From Cenococcum geophilum (Eukaryota): a DNA stretch of 64,000 nt. Shown here one piece after another: positions 23,201 through 35,170 of this stretch. Numbering within the stretch: position 1 is the first letter of the stretch; every line of letters starts with the position of its first letter. A program made the position numbers and the translations under genes. The notes beneath the pieces are model-generated. The model was not told the origin of the DNA. It searched no databases and worked only from the letters and a program-made list of their open reading frames with translations. The stretch is taken from positions 24,242,001 to 24,306,000 of the forward strand of contig CP158635.1 of NCBI GenBank assembly GCA_050273025.1, written 5' to 3'.

Positions 23201-26177
23201 TATTTTAATTTAGTAAAAAGCCTAGCGGATATTAAGCTTTATAAAGATCTTAGCTTTACTTATTCGGGCTAAAGTCTTACTAAGTAAAGGCAGTGGGTAG
23301 CGGTCTTTAAGGGTCAAATTATTAAGCTTATAGTAGTCAATATAGAAACAAAGTCCTCTATTTAGCTTTTTAGTAAAGAGAATAGGTAAGTTAAAAGGGG
23401 CTTAACTAGGCTTAATAAAGCCCTTATCCAGGTTATTAATAAGATACTACTTTGTGGCCTATAATTCGGCAGTAAATTACTATTAGAGGGGGCTATAGCT
23501 AAGGGTAACCACCTTATCCGGCTTAATTTTAATCTTATAGTTGTACGGTCGGTAAGGCGGGAGTATATTAGACGCTGCTTTGGAGAAGGTATCTTTAAAT
23601 TTCTAGTATTAATGGGGCAGTTTCTATTCTATTAGCTCCTTATCTATAAGCTCCCCTTTTTCTTAGGCTAGGGCTTCTTTCTTTTTAATTATTTAATTAA
23701 TTTTATATAAGCTAGTTATAAAGGCAACAGTATTAGGCTAAACTAGGTTTTAGTAGAATCCTATAGCGCTAATACAGCAGATATTAACTGGTGGGAGGTC
23801 CGTAGGTTTCTTTACGGATATTTATTAGGCCGTATTCTGCGGTATAGGGTTTATAGTCTTCCTTAGCTTATATTCCATTTTCTGTAAGTTATCCTTCTAG
23901 TCTATTAGTTTAATATATCGTCTAATATCCCTAGCCTTTCTTTATGGCTGCGTAGGGCCTAAGTTCTCTATTAGGGACTTAGCTAGGCCACTACTAACTT
24001 CCTAAGCCTCTAGTGTGGGTAGTATAACATAGGTAGTCTAGGGGCGGCGTAGTATACGGATCCGTTGCGGATTAAGCTATATATCCTTCTTAAAAGCCTA
24101 GTCCCTACGCGTTATATTAGCCTAGTAAACGGTGTTTATCTACGGCCGTATAAGGTTTTCTATTATAATACTAATCCCTTTTATAAAGGAAGGCGTTAGG
24201 GGCATAGTTTTGGGCCAGATAAGCTGCCTATTCCGTATATTAAGCTATAAGCCTAAATAGGCTAGCCATTTTCTTTATAAAATTATATTATGGCTTCCAA
24301 GGTCTATAATAAGGAAGGGGATATTATACTGCCTTTGTCCGTTAACGCGGAGGTAGATCCGCAAGATAGTTATAATAGGTAGCCCTATCCGTCCGTTATA
24401 ACCGCAAATAGGAATTAGTTTAGGCAGTTCTTTAAGGGGTATATTTAAAAAGTTAGCCAGTTTTGCAGCGCACTTTATATTAATTAAGGTAAAGGCATTT
24501 GCTCCTAAGTCAGCTAAAGTAAAGGTTAAAACTTAATATCTATTGCGAAATAAAGTATAAGGGATAGTGCAGCTTTTTCTACTAACTAGCTAACCTAGAT
24601 TAATATGTAATATATTAATCCCTTTTAACCCTAAAGAGGAGTTTTTTTCTAGGGTTCCTCTTTTCCCGGCTCTATACTATCCTTCTAAATTAATAAGACC
24701 TTATTTATTTTTACCTTTATTAGGTAGTTCCTTATAGGGTAGCCTATTTAGCCGTATAAGAAGTAAGCTCCTTAATCGCTAAGGGCCTATATATAGGGGT
24801 CGCTATATATAGGCCGGGTGTACACCGGGCCTATAGCAAGGGTAGCTACGCGGCTAGTTGCTAGGTTAACTATAGGGGTTACTAATTATGCTAGGGCACT
24901 ATAGGCCGTACTCGTAGTACTTATAGCCTAGTTTATAAGGTTTTTAGTTTTTAGCTAATTAGCGCGTGCCTTAATTCGACGGAGGCCTTAATTAATAGCT
25001 AGGTAATAGTTTATAAGTTCCTTTAACGTCTATACTATAGTATAAGCTAGTAATACGACCCGCTATAGATCTAGGGTAAGCTTATTAAAGAGGTCTAGTA
25101 ATAGGTCTTCCTAGGGGATCTAGGCCTATCCGGCTAGGTATAGAAAGCGGGTTTAAAAGGCCGAAAAAGTCTCCATTGTTTTTATATTTAGGCTTTTATA
25201 GCTAAGGCGGGCGTTTTATACTTTAAAAGGGTCTTTATAAATAAAAGATAAGTATTTAATTATTTCTTCTTTAGCAATAAAGGGGTCTGCTAAGTCTTTA
25301 GTATATTATAGGCGTAAATGCATCTAGGTATCTTCGCCAGTGCGGCCGAAAATATAGGCCATTCTAGCTCGGGCGTTAGGGAAGTAGTCTATATTAACTT
25401 TAAGCTTATTCCGTAATTAAAGCTTCTAATTATTAAATATAGGGTCAGTTCCGTCTATAAGTAGCGGTAAATCCGTAACCTTTACTAACCGCTTCGGTGC
25501 TGTATAGGCCTTAGTAGATCTACTAAGGCGCTAAAATAGGGCCTAAAGGACTGTAGTAAGTCTTTAGTTATCTAATAATAACTCATTATTAGATATAGGG
25601 GTATCTCTGGCTTTGAGCAGCTCTCGCAGTCATTTAATTTCGGCATTAGTAGCCGCAAGCTCCGCCTAAGGGGTTAAAACATTAATTATTTCTTCGTCTA
25701 AAGTATTTAAGGGTCCTGTAGCTACTTTACCTACTGCTATAGTTCGTGGCATAGTAGTAGGGGTATTAGGTAATTTTAGGTAATTTCTTTAGGGGTTCTG
25801 GTCTGTGTATGTCTTATAGGTCCTTTCCTTAGGGTTCTATTCTTTTCTTTTAGGTCCTATTCTTGTGGTTTTAGTAATGTCCTTAGGGTCCTATTCTATG
25901 TTCTTATAGATATATTTAAGTTCCTTCTTAGGAAGAAAGAGTAGAGTGAGCTTTAGATAATGTTAGCGACTTAGTTAATCGAGGCATGGGCACGGCAAAA
26001 GGAACGCGCAAGCCTGTACGATTGGATTGTCTATAAACGAAAATCTAAAGCTAGGGAAAGGAAAGGAGAAGAAGAGTAGCGCCGTTCGATATTTTATAAG
26101 ATCTTTGCGTCACGTGACCGCAATATACGGCAATCTGTGGCAACTTAGCGGTGCGAAGTTCTGCCGGTGCCGTAACA
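20212..26177 (-). mobile_element. Gypsy chromovirus C, full length, inserted in B1 gag
   Basis: 217-bp LTRs 20212-20428 and 25961-26177; TSD TTAGT, single-copy at the empty site in B2 (~55268); PPT C9 run at 20432-20440; protease DLGANAF; RT YLDNIIIY; GGGAAAA heptamer near 24660 with pol in the -1 frame. Confidence 0.95.
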
Positions 26178-26527
26178 TTAGTAAAGGGTTAGTTTAGTTT
26201 TATTATTAGGCGATTATAGTTATAACGGGCATCCCGTACTTTGTTTGGGTTAATATAAATAGCCGCTAGGTACTGTATTATCTTATTAACAGATATAAAT
26301 TAGATAAGGAAGTTATCCTCAAACTTGGCTTAAAGGTGCCATTAGGCGTCCCCAGTGGTTTAACTAAAGAGGTAGAGTATTTTGGCTTCTTTAGAAAGGA
26401 AATGGTTATAATTAACGCGGAGCTTTTCTTATACTTAAATCCTCTAATTCTTAAAGGTAGGGTCTATCCTATTAAATAGTAGTAGGGGGTTAGGAAGCTT
26501 AACAGACTTTAATTACTTCGTTATTAT

Positions 26528-28790
26528 CCCTTGACCCGCTGGCGTCCAGAGCTTATCGATAAGAAAAGGCCCGTGCGCAGAACAACAAACACCTAGTATC
26601 AAATATTCGCGACAACCTATATAGATTTCAATGATATAAATATCCACCACCATGTCGTCAAAATACCATTCCAATGACATAGATCTCGTCCAACCTACCT
26701 AATACAATGTTTCGAAGAATAAACCCGCCAAAAAACCACCCCCAAAGCCTTGGGATCTACCTAAATTCGAACCACTTGCCATTGACGACTAGTGGGACCA
26801 CGGCGAGCCAAATCTTCCTTCTAACGTTAATTCAGGCAGTCCTTTTGAGCTATTTAGCTTATTCTTTACTAAGGAATATATGGATAAGATTGTAACCTAG
26901 ACAAACGAGTTTATAGAGCTCCGCCGAACACCTAAGGAGAAGTAGCTAAAGCACCGCGCTCGGCCATGGAAACTGATATACAGGGCAGAACTATACGCGT
27001 ACCTTGGCATCCTAATTCATATAGGGCTACACAGCGAACCGACGATAGAGGGGTACTGGAAGAGTTTAGATCTATATGGGGCAGAATATAAGGTCAAAAA
27101 CGTTATGGGACGGGAGCGCTTTGAGCAACTTAATCGCTACTTTTGAGTCATAAAACCTTAGCCAGATAGTGAAAATAAAGGCAAATCGACATTCGACAGA
27201 GTTAAAGACCTTGCTGAGTACCTATAACTTACTTATCAGCATCTATATTCGCCAGGAACTCATCTCGCTGTTGATAAGACTATTAAGCGCTTTTTAGGAC
27301 GTGCCTTTAAAACTATTACTATTCCGACTAAACCTATACCTAAAGGCTTCAAAATATAGGTTTTAGCTAATGAGGGCTATATATTAGATTGGATGTGGTA
27401 TACTAGAGGCAATACACAAGGCCCAGTCGATTTAGATCCCTCGTTCTTAAAGAAAGGATTTTTAAAGATGCAGGCAGTAGTACTTAATTTCCTTATGCAG
27501 CGCCACCAGCTTACTAATTTACCTCTCTACCCTCCCCATAAACACACCGTTTGGCTTAATAACCTATTTATAAGCGTTAAGCTTTATACACGACTTTGAG
27601 GCCTAGGTATAGGATATGCAGGAACAGTATAGATAACTAAGACGCAGCGTAAGGAACAGGGTGGCGAGGAAGGCGATATTTAGGTAGAAGAAACGGCTGC
27701 TGGCTAGAGGAAGAGGAAGGTTCTAGCGGAGCAGTTTAGTTATTAACTTTAGGAGCTTAAGCTCACCCATTTATACCAGATACCATAGGGTAAACTATAT
27801 GGCGAGCTTTCTAAGGACTATACAGTAATGGAGTTTGCTTAGAAGGACGCCAATATAGTGCTTTTTATAAGTACTGTTTATTCTAGTAAGCCTATTACCT
27901 CAACACTAGGACTTTTATACTAATAACGTTATATATCACCAGGTTAATCCTATATAGCTACTATGCAAAAACGTCCTTTTAGGTCTTCTAGCGCGGCCAG
28001 ACAAATGCGTCTTGTGTTCAGCAACAACGTAGAGCTTAAACTAGAGATTCCTAACTTTATAAACGATTACAATTGCTATATATGCGGTGTTAACGTCGCC
28101 GACCAGCTGCGCTTATATTATAATACTTAGAGAGTTTATACAAGGACATGGAAGCTACTGTTCCACTTCCTATTTAATACAGTACTTAGTAATAGCTATC
28201 TGCTGTCTTCCTATAAGCCGGTTGGCCGTAGAGCTCTTTGTCGTAAGAGCCATGCGCAGTTTCGCAGAGACCTCCGCGACGCTCTCTTTAAACGCTCTAC
28301 TTAATCTAGAAGACTACGCCCGCTAGCTGAGGAAGTTTAACGTACTACTGAGCAGATTATATGGCGTCCGACGGAGGAATATAATCTAGTAAGGCTATGG
28401 GAAAAGAATAAGGCTTGTAACTGCTCGGCGTATATAGAGGCTAGAAGGAAGAGTTAATTAATGCGCAGAGGAGCTAGGAAAGCTCTTAGTAAGATTTTAG
28501 TAAATACTACGAGGAAACCTATCGACAGTAAGGACTGGAAGCGGCCGAAGCGTGCGCCAAGAACTCAATTTGGCTGCAGTGTATGTAATATACCGTTCTG
28601 TAGGAAGGATGAGTGCTAGCTGCCTTATCTTGAGCGACTTAACACCCTCGATTAAATATATATAGACGTTTTATATGGAAATAGTTGAATATTACCAACC
28701 TCATATATCTGATCACTAAGACTTGATCTAGAGCCTCCTATTGGCTAGTTCTTATCAATAACGTCTGGACGCAAATCAGCGGGTCAAGGG
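26528..28790 (+). mobile_element. piggyBac-like DNA transposon, full length, lightly RIPed
   Basis: TIR CCCTTGACCCGCTG / CAGCGGGTCAAGGG plus internal inverted GCGTCCAGA / TCTGGACGC. Absent from the homologous site in B2 (~55611-55625). Confidence 0.93.
26707..28655 (+). pseudogene. piggyBac (PGBD-type) transposase with probable intron ~27886-27942 and C-terminal Cys-rich domain
   Basis: FELFSLFFT, ELYAYLGILI, MGRERFEQLNRYF, PGTHLAVDKTIKRFLGR, KPIPKGFKI, WLNNLF, YNCYICGVNVADQLR, RTQFGCSVCNIPFC. Scattered stops; start approximate. Confidence 0.88.
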
Positions 28791-30856
28791 ATATCCGTAC
28801 TCCCTAGTATATTATATTTAGTAAAGTAAATAGGTCGGCTAGGGCTTTAAAAGGGGGAAACTAGGCTATTTTATAGGGCCGTAAGGCTTTCTAGGATCTC
28901 TTATAGGGTCTCTTATATATTTCTTGCTTTAAGACAATCAGCTTCCTAGCTAGCTACAAGGGCGCGAATCTACTTGCGTACGTCTATGACGTTATTATTG
29001 TCTTCGATTTCTGATCCTAATTAGATCTTAGTTTCCTCTTAGGTAAAGGCAGCTCTCTTAAATAAGCTTACTTTTAGTACTATCGTTAGCTTCCTAAGGT
29101 TTATTAGTATTATACTCTTTAGTTTTAATTCTGGGGGTATAGGTCCGGTCCTATCTAGCTTATAAGGTGGGATATTATTAAGGCCTTCCCAGGCAATATA
29201 GAGTTGTTTTGGTGTCTAAGTATAGCGCGTTAATACGTCGTTGCAGACGAAGTTTCTTTAGGGTAGGATATTATTAAGGCCTTCCCAGGCAAGGTAGGAA
29301 GAGCTTAGTATAATGTTACGGCTTGTACAAATGCCTCTAAACCGAAGCTTGTAGAATGCTATATTACAAAGATACTAAGCTAAAGAGAAGGAAAAGGGGT
29401 CGCTAGGACCGATGTAAACAAATATATAGGGTAAGCCGCCAAGGCGCTAGCTTTAGGCGGGCCAATTGTAGGTCGGCAGAATATGGCAGAATTTGGCAGG
29501 TAACGTGCGATAGCGCCGTTACAGTAGCTGCGGCGGGGGTATAGTAGACGTTATAGTAGACAGCTAAGTAGGCTCTACAGTAGGCTCTACGGCAGGCTCT
29601 ACGGTAGTAGATAGTTAAGGACCTCTTAGTATCTCTATAAGGGTTAAATATACGGGAAAGAGTTTATCTAAAGACGGAATCTAGCCGTTAACGCGTTTAG
29701 GAATAGACCTAGATATAGGTATAGAGCCGTCTAAAGACGGATATATAGACTCCGTAGGCCCTATTTAGATACCTATCTTCCCTTACTAGATCTATATAGG
29801 TATAAACGATACTAATAACCTTTTTATCTCGCTAAGGCGTTCTAAAATCATTTACACGCGTAATTAAGCCCCCTTTATTTTAAAGATCACGGCCTTATAT
29901 CTTAGCTTAGCTACAGCCTTATAGGTATTACGGCGCTAGTAAAAACTAGTAGATTGTGGCTAATAGATATTAGTAGATTGTAGCAGATAGTCGTAGACAG
30001 TCGCAGACAGTTTTATATAGTTTTAGACAATTGCCGTTATGTAACTAGAGGATTGTATATAACGTTAAGCGGCGCTACCCTCCGTTTCCTTTCCTTTCTC
30101 TAGCTTTAAATCCTCGTTTATAAATAATCCAATTATATAGGCTTACGCGACCCTTTTGCCGTGCTCGTGCCTTAATTAACTAAGTCGTTAATATTATCTA
30201 AAACTTATCTACTTTTCTTCTTAAGAAGGAACTTAAAAATATCTACGGACTATAAATAAGAATAGAACATAGAAATAAACCTAGAGACTATTACTAGAAC
30301 TTAAAGAACAAAACAGAACTAGAAGAATAGAAAAGAATAATAAGACCTATAGAATACGCATAGACTAAAACCCCTATAGAATTCTACTAGAAGTTACCCT
30401 AATAACCGCATTACTATACTAAGAACTATAGCGGCCGGTAAAGCAGCTATAGGACCCTTAAATACCTCTAATAGCGAAATAGTAACTAACTTAAACTCTT
30501 AAGTAGAGCTTATAGTAGCTAATACCGAAATTAAATAACTTTAAGAGCTGCTTAAAGCTAAAGAACCCCTTATACCTAGCGAAAAGTTATTAAACACCTA
30601 AAGACTTGCTATAGTTCTTAAGACCCTAGCCTAACGTATAGTATTAGTATTATTATAGTCCGCGAAGGTTACAGACCGCCTATTTCTTATAGATAGAACC
30701 AACCCTATATTTAATAATTAGAAGCTTTAATTATAGGATAAGCTTAAAGTTAATATAGATTACTTCCCTACTACTTAGGCTAAAATGGCCTATGTCTTTG
30801 GCCGTACTAGTAGGGATATATAAACGCACCTACGTCCGCAATATATATAGGACTTA

Positions 30857-31419
30857 GGGGGTGTTCGGTTGCAATCTGGAGCTTTTTCAATCTGAGGTTG
30901 ATCCGTGCTTTCACCGGCGTCAATTAGTAGATAATTAGTGGCGCTTAATCTGGTGGTTGTACTCAATCTAAAATAAAGCCGAGTGTTCGGTTGATCATTC
31001 TAATAAAAAGGCCTCAGATGAGGCTGAAATTTAGTGATGTCTTCTGCCCGGTCGGATCTGCACGGCGACGGTAAGAATTAAGAAGACATCGTTATAGGGC
31101 CTGCAGCTGCTGCAGTATTACCGTCGTTAGTAAGGGCGGTGGCGGCGGGGGGCATGGTGGGCAATCGGACGGGCGCACGAGCAGAGCTCCAGATTCGACT
31201 TGACGATTGATCTGGAGAAAAAAGCTCCAGATTGATGTGACGCCAAGAGCTCAAGTTCAACTACTATATACGGTAAAGCGTGCGAATTTGACGCGGTTGC
31301 CGATCTGGAGGAGCTCCAGATCAGAAAGTCGCCAAATTGACCGAACAGACACCTCCAGATCAGATTGAGGCTCCAGATCAACTCGGTTCTGAAGCCTGGA
31401 GCTGCAACTGAACACCCCC
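30857..31419. mobile_element. PIF/Harbinger (Tourist-like) MITE, 563 bp, not RIPed
   Basis: TIR GGGGGTGTTCGGTTGCA / TGCAACTGAACACCCCC; 3-bp TSD TTA (30854-30856 / 31420-31422); many internal CTCCAGAT/ATCTGGAG repeats. Confidence 0.9.
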
Positions 31420-32238
31420 TTAGTAGATTCCTTCCTCTCTAAAGAAGAGATAATTATTTACCTATCTTCTATTTATAAGGACCCCTTTAAAGTATAAAAC
31501 GCCTGACTTAATTATAAAAGCCTAAATATAAAAATAATAGAGACCTTCTTAGCCTTTTAGACCCGCTTTCTGCACCTAGCTGGCTAGGCTTAAATTCCCT
31601 AAAAAGATCTAATACCAGACCTATTTAATAAGCTTACCCTAGACCTATAGTAAGCTATACTACTAGTTTTTACTACTATATAGACGCTAAAGGAACTTAC
31701 GGACTAGTGCTTAACTATTAACTAAGGCCTTTGCTAAATTAAGGCACGCGCCAAATAGTATAAAGCTAGAAACCCTTTAAATCAGACTATAAATAATATA
31801 AAAACGGCCCGCAATGCCCTAGCACGATTAGTAACCCCTATAGCACTACCTATATAGCCTACCGCTAATTTAACAGCTAGCTATACGGCTAGTCCTACTA
31901 TAGGTTTAGCGAATGCTTGGCCTATATATAGCAACCCCTATATATAGGCCCTTAATAATTAAAGAGCTTGCTTTTCTTATAGTTAAAAAGGCTACTATAT
32001 AAAAGATTGCTTAATAAACGCAAAAGCGGACAAGATTATGTTAATCTAAAAAAATAGCATAAAGTTAGAAAAAGAGGAACCCTAGAAAAAGACTTCTTTT
32101 AAGGGTTAAAAGGGATTAATATATTGTATATTAATCTAGGTTAGCTAGTTAGTAAAAGAAGCTGCACTATCCCTTATACTTTATTCCGTAATAAATATTA
32201 AGTTTTAACCTCTATTTTAGCTAACTCTAGAGTAAATA

Positions 32239-32365
32239 TGTCAGGTGACGAAGTCACCTCGCCTATATGTATTGTTCCGCACAGCCGTGTCTGGCATCAA
32301 GCCAGTCACTTGCTTACCTTTTGCGGGTTTGTATGGCTGAGTGGTGCGGAGCTTATTACCTTACA
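32239..32365. mobile_element. 127-bp solo-LTR-like insertion in the protease region of D
   Basis: TGTCAGG...CCTTACA termini, 5-bp TSD AAATA on both sides, absent from the homologous position in C (~24495). Confidence 0.85.
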
Positions 32366-34800
32366 AAATACCTTTACCTTAATAGACACCTAGTATGCCG
32401 TAAAGCTAGCTAACTTTTTAAATATACTTATTAAAGAACCGCCTAAACTAATTCCTATTTATAGGTATAACGGGCGGATAGAACTACCTATTATAACTAT
32501 CTTATAGATTTACCTCCGTGTTAATAGACGAAGGTAGTATAACACCCCTTTCCTTATTACGGACCTAGGAAGCTATAATATAATCTTAAAAAGAAAATAG
32601 CTAGCCTATTTAGGCTTACAGCTTAATATATAGAGTAGGCGGCTTATCTAGCCTAAAACCCTACCCCTAACCCCTTCTTTTATAAAAGAAATTAGTATTA
32701 TAATAGAAAACCTTATACAGCCCTAGATTAGTACTATTTACTAAGTAGATACTATACGTAGGGACCAGGCCTTTAAGAAAGATATATAGCTTAACCTATA
32801 ACGGATTTATATACTACGCCACCCGCACTAAAGACCTAAGAAGCTAGTAGTGACCTAGCTAAGCTAACTATAGAGAACTTAGGCCCTATAAAGCTATAAA
32901 GGAAAGCTAGGAATATTAGACGCCATACTAAACTAATAAATAGGAAAAATAACTTATAGAAAATAGAATATAAGCTAAGGAAGACTATAAACCCTATACC
33001 GCTAAATATAACCTAATAGATATCCGTAAAGAAACTAGCGGACCTCCTACTAGTTAACGTCTACTATATTAGTGCCGTAGGATTCTACTAGAACTTAGTT
33101 TAGCTTAATACCGTCGCCTTTACAAGTAGCTTATATAAGATTAATCAAATAATTAAGGAAAAGGAAGGCGAGCTTAGTAGATAAAAAAGCGAGCTTATAG
33201 ATAAGGGACTAGTAGACTAAAAGCTGCCCTATTAACACCAGAAATTTAAGGACGTATTCTCTAAAGCAGCGTCTAATATACTTCTACCTTACTAACCATA
33301 TAACTATAAAATCGAGATTAAGTAGGGCAAGGAAAACACCCTTAGCTTTAGCCCCCTTTATAAGTAGTCTATTACCAAATTATAGGCTATAAAGTAATAT
33401 TTTATTAATAACCTAAATAAGGGCTTTATTAAGCCTAGCTAAGCCCCTTTTACCCTACCTATTTTCTTTATTAAAAAGCTAAATAGAGAACTCCGCTTCT
33501 ATATTAACTACTATAAGCTAAATAATACAACCCGCAAGGACCGCTACCCGCTGCCCTTACTTAATAAAACTCTGGCCTAAATAAGTAAAGCTAAGGTCTT
33601 TATAAAGCTTAATATCCGCTAGGCCTTCTACTGAATTAGAATAAACCCTAGGTTTAAGAATCTTATTATATTTTAGACCTATTACAGAACGTATAAATAT
33701 AAGGTACTCCTTTTTAGACTAACTAACGGACTAGCTACGTACTAGCGGTATATAAATAATATACTCTTTAACTACCTTAACGACTTTTATATAGCCTATT
33801 TAAATAATATTATAATCTATTTTAAGAATAAGCTAGAATATAAGGAGCACGTTTATAAAGTCCTATAACGGCTCCGCAAGGCTAGCCTCTAGGTTAATAT
33901 TAAGAAGTTAGAGTTTAGTATTAAGTATATAAAGTACCTAGGTTTTATTATTAGTATAAATAGAATTAAAGCTAACCTAAAGAAAACGGCCGTAATTAAC
34001 TAGTGGGTACCCCTATAGACCATAAAGGGGGTATAATTATTTTTAGGTTTTTATAACTTCTACTAATACTTTATTAAGAACTACAGCAAAATCGCCTAGC
34101 CTCTTAACTGTCTTATTAGAAAAGACTAGTCCTTCTACTTTAACGCTATATATAGGCAGGCCTTTAATAAGCTTAAAAAACGGCTAGTATCGGCTCCCCT
34201 ACTTGCCTATTTTGGCCTAAAATAGCCCTTAATACTAGAAACTAATGCCTTAAACGGCGTAATAGCTAGTATTTTTTCCTAGAAGTAACTAGACGGAGAA
34301 TAGTACCCTATTATATACTATTTAAAGACTATAATAGATGCTAAGCTAAACTACTATATCCGTAATAAAGAAATGCTAGCTATTATCTTTAGCTTTTAGC
34401 ACTAGTGTAACGAAGCCTTGTAGCAGGAACTATAGTAAACTTATTAATAGGCTAGGTATATAGGTAATTAAGAAGTTAACAACGTAATAATAACTAGTAG
34501 AGTGGTTACCTAATAGATTAACTTTAATTATATTCTAAGATTTACTATAAAGAAGAGAAACTATCTATAAAGACCGTGTGTCCTTAAATATATAACTCCT
34601 CCCCATAGTAAAGGGTTTAGTACGTTAATATATTAGTACGTTAGTACGTCGCGTTCCTATATTCCTATATTCCTACGTTCTAAACTTATAACGTAACTAG
34701 TTATATAACTTAGCTACCCCTTATCCTATAACTTAATCGGTTTTAGTACCTCCTATACTATCTTAACTAACCCGTTTATATCTATTTTTAGTAGTTATAC

Positions 34801-35033
34801 TGTAGTGGGGTAAAATGGGCCACTGCTTAGTGCCTTGGCATTTTCCTGTATATATTGAGCCTTCGGCTTCTCTCCTTCTCTCGATCACGACCTACCGGAG
34901 AATACATTCTTTCCTTTCTTCTTACTGACTGCTTTCCTACTGATTGATTACGACTGACGACCGACCGACCGACCGACAGACAGATAGACAGCACTGTGAC
35001 TTTCCTATCTGAGAGTGGTCGTACCCTCCCACA
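34801..35033 (+). mobile_element. 233-bp solo-LTR-like insertion inside the LTR of E, not RIPed
   Basis: TGTAGTGGGG...CCCTCCCACA termini, flanked by ATAC on both sides; TATA-like TATATAT, pyrimidine tract and (GACC/GACA)n microsatellite. Confidence 0.75.
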
Positions 35034-35170
35034 ATACTACTACCGATATAAGGTCCGTAATACTATCCCCTTCCTTTTTATCTTTATCTTTGAAGATATT
35101 TCCTATTTCTAAGTCGTCTATTAGAGGTATAGCATTTCCGTCTTTAATTTAATGACCTTTATTATTCCTA

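Larger units (their letters stand above)
15117..29523 (-). mobile_element. Gypsy chromovirus B1, full length, hosting C and a piggyBac-like element
   Basis: LTRs 15117-15324 and 29314-29523 (TG..CA); TSD GTAGC (15112-15116 / 29524-29528); PPT complement at 15328-15336; RT YLDDIFIY ~18100-18122; chromodomain ~15700-15900. Confidence 0.95.
14257..29925 (-). mobile_element. Crypton-like (CryptonF-type) element, 3' part; outermost host of the right-hand nest (own sequence ~14257-15116 and 29529-29925)
   Basis: Removing B1 and one TSD copy restores one minus-strand frame ending in a GCR1_C domain. It is RIPed like a repeat. The recombinase part would lie beyond the nested insertions, outside the window. 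The left boundary is uncertain (G14 run at 14257-14270). Confidence 0.68.
29926..34405 (+). mobile_element. Gypsy element D (relative of C), 5' LTR through RNase H; remainder displaced out of the window
   Basis: 5' LTR 29926-30193, whose 3' half matches the reverse complement of the C LTR. gag/PR/RT are collinear with C. Breaks off at 34405 where E begins. Confidence 0.9.

Noticed and set aside
31078..31381. Two minus-strand ORFs in the GC-rich insert
   Set aside because: They lie within a 563-bp MITE built from short repeats and show no transposase motifs.
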